A stretch of 30,502 nt of DNA. Origin: Gemmatimonadales bacterium (lineage in GTDB: Bacteria; Gemmatimonadota; Gemmatimonadetes; Gemmatimonadales; GWC2-71-9). Positions 7,873 through 17,159 of this stretch are shown one piece after another. Made by a program: the position numbers and the translations under genes. The stretch lies in the NCBI GenBank assembly GCA_050732975.1, contig JBOHRZ010000001.1, positions 1 through 30,502 on the forward strand. The letters are read 5' to 3'. Position 1 is the first letter of the stretch, and each line of letters starts with the position of its first letter. The notes beneath the pieces were generated by a model, which saw only the letters and a program-made list of their open reading frames with translations, did not search any database and was not told the DNA's origin.

Positions 7873-9927
7873 ATGCGCCACACATCGATCGCGATCATCG
7901 CTTGCGCCGCCCTCACTGGCGGCACCCGCGCGGCTGCCGCCCAGACCCGTCCGTCACCGCTGCTCGATTCCGCCGCGATCGCACACGGACCGCGGCCGAT
8001 ACCAGGCCCGGTGTACGAGAGCCAGGGGTTCACCCGTGCGGTGATGCGCGGGACACGAACCCGGACCGGCGCGCCCGGTCCGAACTACTGGGTGCAGCAC
8101 CCGCGATACCAGATTCACGCCGTGCTCGACAGCGCGAGCCATCGGCTGAGCGGCAAGGAATCGGTCATCTACCGGAACTTCTCGCCCGACACGCTCCATA
8201 CCATCGCGGTCTATCTGCGGCAGAATGCCTTCGCACCCGGGGCGCCGCGGCGGCAGAGCGTTCCGGTGACCGAGGGCGTGGCGCTGCAATCGGTGATGAT
8301 CGACGGCAACGTGATCCAACCCGCGCAGCGCCGCAACGCGGCGATGCCGATCACTGCTCCGCCGGAACAGCCGCCAGCACCGGGCGAGTATGCGGTCGAC
8401 AACACCGTGATGCGGATTCCGCTCGCGAGCCCGCTCCTGCCGGGTGCCTCGCTGACCCTCGACGTGGCGTGGTCCTACACGCCGGCACCCTCGCCCGCCG
8501 ACGGACGCGAAGGGCGCGAGGGGAATCTCTACTTCATGGGATACTGGTATCCGCAGATCGCCGTCTACGACGATGTCGACGGCTGGGTTACGGATCCCTA
8601 CCTTCTCGAGGCGGAGTTCTACATGGACCCGGCGGACTACGACGTCGACCTCGGCGTCCCGCACGGATGGACGGTGACCGCCACCGGGACGCTCCAGAAC
8701 GCCGACACGGTGCTCTCTGCCCCGGCGCGCGACTCCCTCGGCGTGGCCCGGCGGACCGGGCGCGTCGTCCGCGTCGTCACGCCCGGCCCCGGTGCGGCCG
8801 CGGCGTTCGCGGGATCGACGCCGACCGCGAGCTGGCACTTCGTCGCCAACGACGTCCGGGATTTCTCGTGGTCCACTACCGACGCGGAAGCCTGGGACGC
8901 CACGCGTGCGCTGGTGCCCGCCGGCGCCGCGGCGATGGACACCATCGACATCAATTCGTTCTTCCAGTTGAACGACATGGCCCGCGCCTGGGAGATCGGC
9001 GGCGCCCGCTTCACTCGCGACGCGATCGAGCGGATGTCGAGCTGGCTCTGGGCGTATCCGTGGACGACGATGTCATCGGTGGAGGGTGTGCTCGACGACG
9101 GCGGGATGGAATACCCGATGATGACCGTCATGCAGCCATGGGCCGACACGCTGTCACTCGCCGGCGACCTGATGCACGAGACCGGGCACATGTGGTTTCC
9201 AATGCAGGTCGGCTCCAACGAAACGCGCTATCCATGGATGGACGAGGGCTTCACCCAGTTCGATGTGGCGCAGGGCATGGCGGCGCAGTACGGCGAAAGC
9301 CGGACCGGCGGCCGGGCCAACGATTCCGAGCACGGCCAGCGGGCGCTCTACGTCGGCAGCGTGCGCAATGGTGGCGATGCGCCGCTGATGCTGCCGGGCG
9401 ATGAGTTTCCGCAGGATCTCTATCTGGTGATCTATTACGACAAGACCGCGCAGGTGCTTTCCGCACTGCGCGCGATCCTCGGCGATAGCGTCTTTCATCG
9501 CGCCTTCGTCGATTACGGCAAGGCCTGGATCGGCCGCCATCCCCAGCCGTTCGACTTCTTCAACGCGATCGACGCGGCGGCGGGCCGCGACCTGTCCTGG
9601 TTCTGGACCACGTGGTTCTATCACGCCTGGCCGCTCGACCAGGCGATCGAGTCGGCCGTGACGCGCGGCGATTCGCTGGTCGTCACGGTGAGCGATCGCG
9701 GTGTCGCGCCGATGCCGGTGCTCCTCGCCGCGACCCGGCGCGACGGGAGTGTCCAGCGTATCACGCTTCCGGTCGGCGTCTGGCTCGGCGGCAGTCGCGC
9801 GGCGGCCGCGTCGTTCAGCGATGCGGCGTCGATCGTCCAAGTGACGATCGATCCCGACGGCGCGTTTCCGGACGTCGACCGCGGCAACCAGACGGTGACT
9901 GCCGGCGCGGGGTGGCCGCGGCTATAG
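7873..9927 (+). CDS. Secreted M1 family metallopeptidase (aminopeptidase N-like)
   Basis: Signal peptide; GGMEYP; HETGH...WMDEG (HExxH...E); YYDKT. Confidence 0.93.
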   Translation: MRHTSIAIIACAALTGGTRAAAAQTRPSPLLDSAAIAHGPRPIPGPVYESQGFTRAVMRGTRTRTGAPGPNYWVQHPRYQIHAVLDSASHRLSGKESVIYRNFSPDTLHTIAVYLRQNAFAPGAPRRQSVPVTEGVALQSVMIDGNVIQPAQRRNAAMPITAPPEQPPAPGEYAVDNTVMRIPLASPLLPGASLTLDVAWSYTPAPSPADGREGREGNLYFMGYWYPQIAVYDDVDGWVTDPYLLEAEFYMDPADYDVDLGVPHGWTVTATGTLQNADTVLSAPARDSLGVARRTGRVVRVVTPGPGAAAAFAGSTPTASWHFVANDVRDFSWSTTDAEAWDATRALVPAGAAAMDTIDINSFFQLNDMARAWEIGGARFTRDAIERMSSWLWAYPWTTMSSVEGVLDDGGMEYPMMTVMQPWADTLSLAGDLMHETGHMWFPMQVGSNETRYPWMDEGFTQFDVAQGMAAQYGESRTGGRANDSEHGQRALYVGSVRNGGDAPLMLPGDEFPQDLYLVIYYDKTAQVLSALRAILGDSVFHRAFVDYGKAWIGRHPQPFDFFNAIDAAAGRDLSWFWTTWFYHAWPLDQAIESAVTRGDSLVVTVSDRGVAPMPVLLAATRRDGSVQRITLPVGVWLGGSRAAAASFSDAASIVQVTIDPDGAFPDVDRGNQTVTAGAGWPRL

Positions 9928-9933
9928 CGCTCG

Positions 9934-11439
9934 CTACGGCCCGCGGTTCCCTGCGCTCGCGGGCTCGGGGCACGCGGTCATGGACGGGTCCGGCAGCGCG
10001 CTCGTGATATCGACCCGCCGATCCCACCACTTCCCCTTGTCGTGCTTCGCGACGTTGATCTGCTTCCACGCCTGCGGCACCTGGTCATCGGGAATCGGGT
10101 AGGCATGTCCGAAGCCCTGCACCAGGCTGATGCGGTCGGGGCTGATGCCGAAATCCTGCAGCGCGTGCTCGACCGAGCGGGCGCGGCGCCATGAGAGGCC
10201 GCAGTTGTAGGCGTCGCCGCCAACGAAGTCGGCAAAGCCGCCCAGCCGGATCTTGAGTTCCGGGTAGAGCTTGAGCGAGTCTGCGGCGGCACGCACCGAA
10301 TCCCGTCCGCCCGCAGTAAGAAAGTCCTTGTTGAACATGAAGTTCGTACCATAGATCACGACGGTCAGCGGCACCTCCACCGTCGACTGATCGGTCATGC
10401 CCTGGCAAGCGGCCGTTACGGTGTACGTGCCGTACCGCGGCCAACTGAAACTGTTGCCGTCGCGCGTCGCATTGCCGGTCGCCGTGAGCCCGCAATCGGG
10501 AATCGGGTGGTTGGTGCCGTCGCTCATGATTGCGGTCACCGTGAACGCCACCGGTTCACCCACCTTGACCTTGGCGTGATCGGGCTGCAAGTCGATCCGG
10601 TTCAGTGTGACAGGAGGAGGCGGCGGCGGTGGCGGCGGTGGCGGCGGCGGGGGTTCGCGGATCGTGACGCTCGCCGCGCCGCTCAGCTTGTGCTTCGTAT
10701 CGGTCGCCGTCACCTGAAAAGTCCCCGGCGTCATGCCCGCCAGATACTCGCCGGTCTGGCCGATGGTGCCGCCGGTGGCGGACCAGGTAACCGGCTGCGG
10801 CTTGCCGCAGTGCCGCGCCGTCGCGGTGAACGTGGTGCGCTCGCCGCGGTCGACCGTCACGCTCGTCGGAGCGACTGTCACGCCGTCGGCCGACTTGTTG
10901 CACTTCTTCCCCAGGAGAAGGCTGAGTCCGGCGTCGACGCCAAGATTGTGGTACTTCGCATGGAATGGCAGGTCGCTCGGCAACCAGTCCATGGTGCCAT
11001 CGATCCGGACCGGGCCAAGGCGGAATCCCGCCAGGGCACCGAAGCCGGCGTCGTGAAAATGCGCGGTGTCGCTGTAGTTGTTGTGAATCCAGCGGGCGCC
11101 AAGCAGAAACGCGGCGTGCTCGCCCAGCGGAAAGTTGTACGTCCCACCCAGGTGAATCGGAATGTTGCTGACTTTGCCGCCGCCCGCGGCGTCGACTTTC
11201 ATCCATCCGATGTCACCTTCCGCTTCGAGGTGCCGGATCACGAACACGCCGAGCCGGCCGCCGAATCCGAAGCCGTGCTCGGCCGGCAGCCGGTTGGCCG
11301 AATCCGAGGCGAGCGGCGTGCCGAACTTTGTCCACCGCCCGAATGCTCCGAGCTCCACGGTGCCTGCTCGCTGTGCGACCAGCGCCGTCGCCGGGAAAAC
11401 CATCGCCAGTGCCAGGGCCACATATGATGTTGTTCGCAT
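9934..11439 (-). CDS. OmpA-family outer-membrane protein: beta-barrel, two Ig-like domains, poly-Pro linker, OmpA_C; 501 aa
   Basis: GGAGG RBS; signal MRTTSYVALALAMVFPATALVA; amphipathic beta strands; GFADFVG...YNCGLSWRRARSV...RRVDI peptidoglycan-binding motif. Confidence 0.88.
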   Translation of the reverse strand: MRTTSYVALALAMVFPATALVAQRAGTVELGAFGRWTKFGTPLASDSANRLPAEHGFGFGGRLGVFVIRHLEAEGDIGWMKVDAAGGGKVSNIPIHLGGTYNFPLGEHAAFLLGARWIHNNYSDTAHFHDAGFGALAGFRLGPVRIDGTMDWLPSDLPFHAKYHNLGVDAGLSLLLGKKCNKSADGVTVAPTSVTVDRGERTTFTATARHCGKPQPVTWSATGGTIGQTGEYLAGMTPGTFQVTATDTKHKLSGAASVTIREPPPPPPPPPPPPPPVTLNRIDLQPDHAKVKVGEPVAFTVTAIMSDGTNHPIPDCGLTATGNATRDGNSFSWPRYGTYTVTAACQGMTDQSTVEVPLTVVIYGTNFMFNKDFLTAGGRDSVRAAADSLKLYPELKIRLGGFADFVGGDAYNCGLSWRRARSVEHALQDFGISPDRISLVQGFGHAYPIPDDQVPQAWKQINVAKHDKGKWWDRRVDITSALPDPSMTACPEPASAGNRGP

Positions 11440-11561
11440 TCGATTCTCATCCTCCAGGTCCGTCCGGGTGACGCCCGGGTACCGGTTTCGTAACACAGCG
11501 CGACGCAGCGGCCGGGCTGCGGCCGAGCGCCCGGCTGCGAGCGGCGAGGGCTGGCGGCCGC

Positions 11562-11590
11562 TTGAACCGTGATGCCGGATTTCGTAGGTT
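11562..11590 (+). promoter_or_regulatory. Sigma70-type promoter
   Basis: TTGAAC-N17-TAGGTT. Confidence 0.5.
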
Positions 11591-11635
11591 GCGGCGTCCG
11601 CCCGCAGTCCCACCCTCAACGAAGGAGGTGATCCC

Positions 11636-11704
11636 TTGTCCAGCAGTCCCAGTACCATCGTCAGCCCGAGCTGGGCAAACGGTCGCCTTGCGGTGATCGC
11701 CTGA
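11636..11704 (+). CDS. Putative 22-aa sORF (TTG start; MSSSPSTIVSPSWANGRLAVIA)
   Basis: Preceded by AAGGAGGTGATCC (11622-11634), a 13-nt complement of the canonical 16S rRNA 3' end; GGAGG-to-start spacing 7 nt. Confidence 0.5.
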   Translation: MSSSPSTIVSPSWANGRLAVIA

Positions 11705-11754
11705 GCAGGTAGCCCGGCGTCAGCCGAGCGATCGTCTCGGGCTGGCCGTGGTCT

Positions 11755-11794
11755 CCGCGCCGCTTCCGCTGTGTCAGGGGAGCGGCGCGGTTCT
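11755..11794 (+). terminator. Strong GC hairpin, possible terminator or attenuator
   Basis: CCGCGCCGCT (11755-11764) / AGCGGCGCGG (11781-11790) perfect inverted repeat followed by TTCT; weak U tract. Confidence 0.45.
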
Positions 11795-11861
11795 GCGTTG
11801 ATGGCCACATTCTTGCTCGTAACAGGCTGTCAGCCTCCCATTCCTTTCCCCGGGGCACTGC

Positions 11862-13172
11862 ATGCTGCACGCAGTCTGGAAGGGCGCGTCGCTACGCGCC
11901 TGGATTGCCATTTCGATGGCGCTTGCCGTGGTACCGCTCGGTGTCTCCGGGATCGCGGGGTATTTCCTGCTCACGCGCGGCGTCGTCGCCTCGTTCCAGG
12001 ACGTTGCCGCCCGCCAGCGCAATGCTGTGGATCCGCTCCAGCGCCTCCGCCTTGAGATTCTCGAAGCCGAAGCCCCGCTCGACGATTACGTCGACGACGG
12101 CGATCCACACGAGCGCGTGCAGTATCGCGCCATCCGCAAGCAGGTCGAGGCCGACTTCGCGACGGTACACGGCAACGCTGCCGCCGAGGCCGAGCTCCGC
12201 TCGCTGGTCGAGCGCGCTCGAGACGACTGGACTGCGGCCGATCGGATCGCGACGGACATCATGGCGGTGCGCCGTGCGCCGGGCGACACCACGAACGATG
12301 TGCTGATGGACCGGTTCCAGGGTCTGATCCGCTCGTCGACCGACAAGCTCGGCGTGGTGTTCGACAACGTCGATCAGGACATCCATGCCGACCACGATGC
12401 GGCCCTTCGCGACGTCGCCAGGTCCGACGTGATTGCGGCGGCGGCAACCACGCTCTCGGTGCTCGCGATCATCATCGGCGTGGTCCTCATCGGCCGCGTC
12501 ATCGGCGGGAGCGTCGAGCGTCTTGTCGCCGGGGCGGAGCTCTTCGCGGCCGGCGACCGGATTCACCGCATCGACGTAGCCGTGCCACCCGAGCTGCACC
12601 GGGTCGCCGAGGAGTTCAATCGGATGATCGGACGGATTCACGATTCGGAGGCCGCGCTTGCCGACCTGGCCCGGCGTGACGCGCTGACTCTGCTGCTCAA
12701 CCGGCGGGCGTTCGACGAGGAGTTGGCCGAGGTGCTGGCACGCCAGGCGCGTTTCGGCGACGGCTTCGCGTTGCTGGCGCTCGACCTCGATCATTTCAAG
12801 ACCGTCAACGACAGCCATGGCCACATCGCAGGCGACGAGGTGCTCCGCGCGGTGGGCCGCGCGATCGCGAACGATCTCCGCCCGTTCGACCATGCCTTCC
12901 GCACCGGCGGCGAGGAATTCGCCGTCATTCTCACCGGCGGCGATGCCTTGAACGCGCGGCTGTCGGCGGACCGGGTGCGGCAGGCGGTCGCGGCGCACCC
13001 GGTCACCGTCGACGGCCAGGTGTTCACCACAACTGTCAGCGTTGGCGTGGCGATGGCGACTCCCGGCATTGCCGCTGCGACGTTGATCGCGAAGGCGGAC
13101 GCCGCGCTGTACCGCGCCAAGGAGGCGGGTCGCAATCGCGTCGTGGTGAGCGGGGAGCCCGACGCGGCATAG
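11862..13172 (+). CDS. Membrane diguanylate cyclase (TM-sensor-TM-HAMP-GGDEF)
   Basis: Two TM helices, HAMP (ELHRVAEEFNRM), DALTLLLNRR, DLDHFKTVND, RPFD I-site, GGEEF, ADAALYRAKEAGRNR. Confidence 0.95.
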   Translation: MLHAVWKGASLRAWIAISMALAVVPLGVSGIAGYFLLTRGVVASFQDVAARQRNAVDPLQRLRLEILEAEAPLDDYVDDGDPHERVQYRAIRKQVEADFATVHGNAAAEAELRSLVERARDDWTAADRIATDIMAVRRAPGDTTNDVLMDRFQGLIRSSTDKLGVVFDNVDQDIHADHDAALRDVARSDVIAAAATTLSVLAIIIGVVLIGRVIGGSVERLVAGAELFAAGDRIHRIDVAVPPELHRVAEEFNRMIGRIHDSEAALADLARRDALTLLLNRRAFDEELAEVLARQARFGDGFALLALDLDHFKTVNDSHGHIAGDEVLRAVGRAIANDLRPFDHAFRTGGEEFAVILTGGDALNARLSADRVRQAVAAHPVTVDGQVFTTTVSVGVAMATPGIAAATLIAKADAALYRAKEAGRNRVVVSGEPDAA

Positions 13173-13210
13173 TTCCCGCCGTCGACGGTGCAGTGTGACG
13201 AAGCGCTGAC

Positions 13211-14014
13211 CTACCCAGCGCGCCGCACGTGCGCGAACTTGAGCGACGACACCATCACCGTGCCACCGAACACATTGCCCAGCACCGCGAAGACAAGGAA
13301 CCGCGCAAAGTCGAGCCACGAGGTGCCGCCGCTGAAGATCCCGGCCAGCACCTCGGCCGATCCTGCAATGCAATGGTGCAGGCCGGCGAGACCGATGACG
13401 AACGTGGTGAGCCACACCACGACGATCTGGCTGATCGTCTCCCGTGCCGCAACCGACAGCCATGACAGCAGACCCATCAGCCATCCCGCGCCGACGCCGC
13501 TGAAGAAGATCGTGTGCCACGGTGGCGACGTCATCCGGTCGGCGAGCTGACCGAAGGCTATCGCGTCGGCCACGTGCAGCGAGCTGCCGAGCCGCACCGC
13601 GAACCACGCCACGACGGCGGCACCGACAAGGTTGGCGGCGAGGACGATGCCCCAGAGTCGGAGCAGGGCTCGCGTGCTGGTCCGACCGTCGAACACCGGC
13701 TGGATCGCCGAAGTAGTGTGCTCGGTGAAGAGTGCCGAGCGGCCGATCACCACGAAGATGAATCCCAACGAATACAGGTTCGCGGCGCTGAGGCGAAGCA
13801 GCGGCGCCGGCATCGTGCCGCGCATCAGGGTGAGAAAGACGGCCATGGCGAATGGGCCAAGCCCGACATCGAGCCCGCCGGTCAGGCCGCTGAGGAACAG
13901 CGACAGCGACGAGCGCTTGAGCTCCTCCTCGGCAACGATGATCTGTTGTTCGAGGACGGTATGATAGCTCTTTTGCGGCTCGACGAGCGGACGATCCTTG
14001 GCGTCCGCACTCAC
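13211..14014 (-). CDS. Formate/nitrite transporter family protein (YfdC-like), ~267 aa
   Basis: YSLGFIFVVIGRSALFTEHT, LWGIVLAANLVG, GLHHCIAGSAE, AVLGNVFGG; GTG start inferred; the rest of the 787-aa track ORF is antisense shadow of the M16 gene. Confidence 0.88.
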   Translation of the reverse strand: MSADAKDRPLVEPQKSYHTVLEQQIIVAEEELKRSSLSLFLSGLTGGLDVGLGPFAMAVFLTLMRGTMPAPLLRLSAANLYSLGFIFVVIGRSALFTEHTTSAIQPVFDGRTSTRALLRLWGIVLAANLVGAAVVAWFAVRLGSSLHVADAIAFGQLADRMTSPPWHTIFFSGVGAGWLMGLLSWLSVAARETISQIVVVWLTTFVIGLAGLHHCIAGSAEVLAGIFSGGTSWLDFARFLVFAVLGNVFGGTVMVSSLKFAHVRRAG

Positions 14015-14209
14015 GGCGTCGGCCCGGAGCGAGGCATGCTGGCTCACCCGCGACCTCCCTGGAGCGAGGGGTCCGGCTTGTTCGCGGGTGAGACGAGCGG
14101 CCCTTCCGGGGATGCACGCGATCGCCGGGCCGTGAGGATATGTTTCCGAAGACCGGTGCGCGGCGCTGACGACTGTCGCGTCCGGTCCAGCGATCTCCAG
14201 GAGGGCCCC

Positions 14210-15634
14210 ATGAAGCGATTGCACTTGTTCATCGCGTTGGCGTGCGGTGCCGCGACGTCCCTCGCGGCCCAGCAGCACGCGCCCGGCGCGGCCGCGCCCG
14301 CGCCGAAGATTCCCGTCGAATCGTACCGACTGGCGAACGGTTTGACCGTGCTGCTCTCGGTTGACCACACGGCCCCGGTCGTGGCCGTGGACGTCGAACA
14401 TCACGTCGGGTCGAAGAACGAGGAACCGGGCCGAACCGGTTTCGCCCATCTCTTCGAGCACGTCATGTTCACCGGGTCCGGTCACGTACCGTACGGCGTT
14501 CATGACAAGTACACCGAGGGCGTCGGCGGCTACAACAACGGCTCGACCAACAGCGACAAGACCAACTTCTACGAGTCGGTCCCGTCGAATTACCTCGAGA
14601 CAGAGCTCTGGCTCGAATCCGACCGGATGGGATGGCTCCTCGATGCCCTGGACCTCGCCAAACTGAATGCCCAGCGCGACGTGGTGAAGAACGAACGGCG
14701 GCAGAGCTATGATAACCGGCCCTATGGCCGTGTCGGCGAGATCATGGATGCCGAGATGTATCCGCCGGGCCATCCCTATCACTGGCCGGTCATCGGATCG
14801 ATGGCGGACCTGTCGGCGGCGTCCGAAGCCGATGTGAAGGCGTTCTATAACAAGTGGTACGGCCCCAACAACGCCGTGCTGGTGATCGCCGGCGATTTCA
14901 ATCCGACCGAGGCGAAGGCATGGGTGCAGAAGTATTTCGGGCCGATCCCCAGCGGACCGCCCATCACCCGGCCGGCCGTGCCGCCCGCGCACCTCGACAG
15001 CGCCAAGCGGTTCGTCTATGAAGACAACGTCTCGCTGCCGGAGCTGTACGCTGAATGGCCTGGAGTCGGCGTACGCTCGGCCGATCGCGCGGCACTGGAT
15101 ATCATGGGCTCGATCCTGTCCGGCGATCGCACCCAGTGGCTGACCCAGGAGTTCGTCTACAAGCGCCGATGGGCGTCGTCGATTTCGCTGCGGCCCGATA
15201 TGAACGAAAACGCCGGCACGGTCGATCTCACCGTGGTGCCGATCCCGGGCACGGACCTGACGAAGCTGGAGGACGCCATCGACTCGGTGATCACCCGCTT
15301 CAAGAGCGAAGGCCCCACGCCGGAGCAGATGAAGAAGGCCACCGCAAGCATCGAGTACGCGTCCTACAATCGGCTGCAATCGATGCTCGGCAAGGCGATG
15401 ACGCTCGCGAGCTGATGGATTTACCACGATGACCCGTCGTGGTACGCGAAGGACATCTCCGAGACCCGGGCGGTGACCGCGGCCGACGTCAAGCGCGTCG
15501 CCAATACCTATCTGGGCCCCGATCGGATCGTGCTGTCCGACGTGCCGATGGGAAAGCGCAATCTGGCGTCGCACGCCGATCAGTCGACGCCGATCACTTC
15601 GCCGTTCGCGGCGCAGCAGGAGGTGGGCCAGTGA
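14210..15634 (+). pseudogene. M16 (pitrilysin/insulinase) peptidase catalytic subunit interrupted by an in-frame TGA at 15413-15415 (pseudogene, readthrough or sequence error)
   Basis: Signal peptide; GRTGFAHLFEH (HxxEH); VVKNERR. After the TGA the frame continues 72 codons with M16-like VTAADVKRVANTYL and ends at a TGA overlapping the next gene's GTG. Confidence 0.8.
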
Positions 15635-17076
15635 CCCGGTTCGTTCGCGGCGCCGTCGGCGCCCTGCTCATCGTGTTCCCGGCGGCGTTGGGCGCCCAGG
15701 GAGGTAAGCCACTCGATCGATCCCAGCCGCCGCCGGTCGCGCCGGCGCCGGCCTTCCATGCGCCACGGTGGGCGGTCGACACGCTGTCGAACGGCGCCAG
15801 ATTGGTGGTCGTCGAACGGCACGACCTGCCGATCGTCACCTTCTCGATGCACTTCGAAGGTGGAACCAACCAGCTCGGCACCAAACTCGGCGTATCGAAC
15901 TTCGTCGGCGCCATGATGCGCGAAGGGACGACCAGCCGCACCGGCGACCAGCTCAACGACGATCTTGCCCTGCTCGGGACGAATGTGGGCTTCGGCGTCG
16001 GTGAGGAATCCGGCAGCGTCAATTTCTCCTGCCTGACCCGCACCTTCGATCCGACGCTCGCGATCATGATGGACATGATGCTGCACTCGACCTTCCCGGA
16101 GGCGTCGCTGGAGCGCCTTCGCGCCCAGGCGCTCGCCAGCTACACTCGCGGGCAGGACGTGGTGGGCGTCGTGGCATCGGAGATCACGCCGAAGCTGCTG
16201 TACGGCGACCAGCCGTACGGCAAGGTGGTGAACGAGGCCGATCTTCGCGCGGTGACCCGCGATGACGTGGCGAATCTCGCGCACGAGTTCTTCGTGCCGG
16301 CGAACGCCACCATCTACGTGGTGGGCGACCTGACGCGCGCCGCGGCAAAGGCGAGTCTGGAGCGGGCCTTCCGCCAGTGGCCCGCGAGCGGCAGGAAGCT
16401 CGCGGTGAGCTATCCGGCCGCGCCGGCAGCGGGTTCTTCCACCATCTATATGGTCGACATGCCCGGCAAGCCGCAGTCCGAACTGGTGCTCACCCGGACC
16501 ATTCCGCCGGAGTACTCGCCGGACATGGCGAAGATCGACGTCATGAATGCGATCCTCGGCGGCATGTTCCAATCCCGCCTCAATGCCGACATCCGCGAGT
16601 TGCACGGCTTCAGCTACGGCTTCAATTCGTTCCCGCTGTGGATGAAGGGCCCGGGTTCACTGCGGGCACAGGGAGCCGTGACACGCGAGAAGACCGACAG
16701 CTCGCTGATGCTGGCAATGGACGAGATTCGCGGCTTGACCGGCGGGAAGCCGGTCACCACCGACGAGCTCACCGCGGCGCGCAATTCGCTGACGCTGTCG
16801 TTGCCGTCCGATCTGCAATCCAATGCTGGCACCGCATCGGTCGTGGCGCGGGTGGTCGACAACGGCCTGCCGCGGGACTGGTGGTCGCGCTACATCGCGC
16901 AGGTGAACGGCACGACTGCGTCCGACGTCGCCGCGATGGCCGCACAGTACATGGACCCGGCGCACCTCATCATCCTGGTCGTTGGCGACGCGGCGAAGAT
17001 CGCCGCGCCGATTCGCGCCACCGGCATCGCACCGGTGGTCAACCTCGACAAGACCGGGCGACCGATTTCGCCCTAG
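15631..17076 (+). CDS. M16 peptidase non-catalytic partner subunit, 481 aa
   Basis: GTG start overlapping the upstream stop (GTGA), GGAGG RBS; signal peptide; no HxxEH; SRLNADIRELHGFSYG (R/Y pair motif). Confidence 0.92.
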   Translation: MTRFVRGAVGALLIVFPAALGAQGGKPLDRSQPPPVAPAPAFHAPRWAVDTLSNGARLVVVERHDLPIVTFSMHFEGGTNQLGTKLGVSNFVGAMMREGTTSRTGDQLNDDLALLGTNVGFGVGEESGSVNFSCLTRTFDPTLAIMMDMMLHSTFPEASLERLRAQALASYTRGQDVVGVVASEITPKLLYGDQPYGKVVNEADLRAVTRDDVANLAHEFFVPANATIYVVGDLTRAAAKASLERAFRQWPASGRKLAVSYPAAPAAGSSTIYMVDMPGKPQSELVLTRTIPPEYSPDMAKIDVMNAILGGMFQSRLNADIRELHGFSYGFNSFPLWMKGPGSLRAQGAVTREKTDSSLMLAMDEIRGLTGGKPVTTDELTAARNSLTLSLPSDLQSNAGTASVVARVVDNGLPRDWWSRYIAQVNGTTASDVAAMAAQYMDPAHLIILVVGDAAKIAAPIRATGIAPVVNLDKTGRPISP

Positions 17077-17079
17077 CGG

Positions 17080-17122
17080 CCGGGCCGGGGTTGCGCCGGC
17101 CCGGTGAGGCGGGTTTCTTCTT
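17080..17122 (+). terminator. Possible terminator hairpin after the M16 pair
   Basis: CCGGGCCGG / CCGGCCCGG 9-bp stem; the T-rich tract starts ~9 nt later, so non-canonical. Confidence 0.35.
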
Positions 17123-17159
17123 CCAGGTTCCTCTCTCCAACCTGTTGTACGGACGATAT

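Noticed and set aside
11622..11634. GGATCACCTCCTT on the minus strand as a 16S rRNA 3' fragment
   Set aside because: Only 13 nt match and flanks lack helix 45 or other 16S sequence; better read as a + strand SD.
11672..11730. c-di-GMP-I riboswitch (GGGCAAAC upstream of a GGDEF gene)
   Set aside because: Lacks the GNRA-capped P2 on this strand and the GACGCAAA junction; cannot be supported without a covariance-model hit.
11597..11794. tmRNA or 6S RNA
   Set aside because: No tRNA-like acceptor stem, T-loop or CCA end, and no long end-to-end rod with a central bubble.
15413..15415. Genome-wide UGA reassignment
   Set aside because: Other genes end at TGA at expected positions (6228, 7835, 15634, 21624), so code 11 applies.
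16377..17159. 261-aa N-terminal extension of the kinase in the ORF track
   Set aside because: Overlaps the M16 partner gene out of frame and is low-complexity; the kinase plausibly starts at the zinc ribbon.
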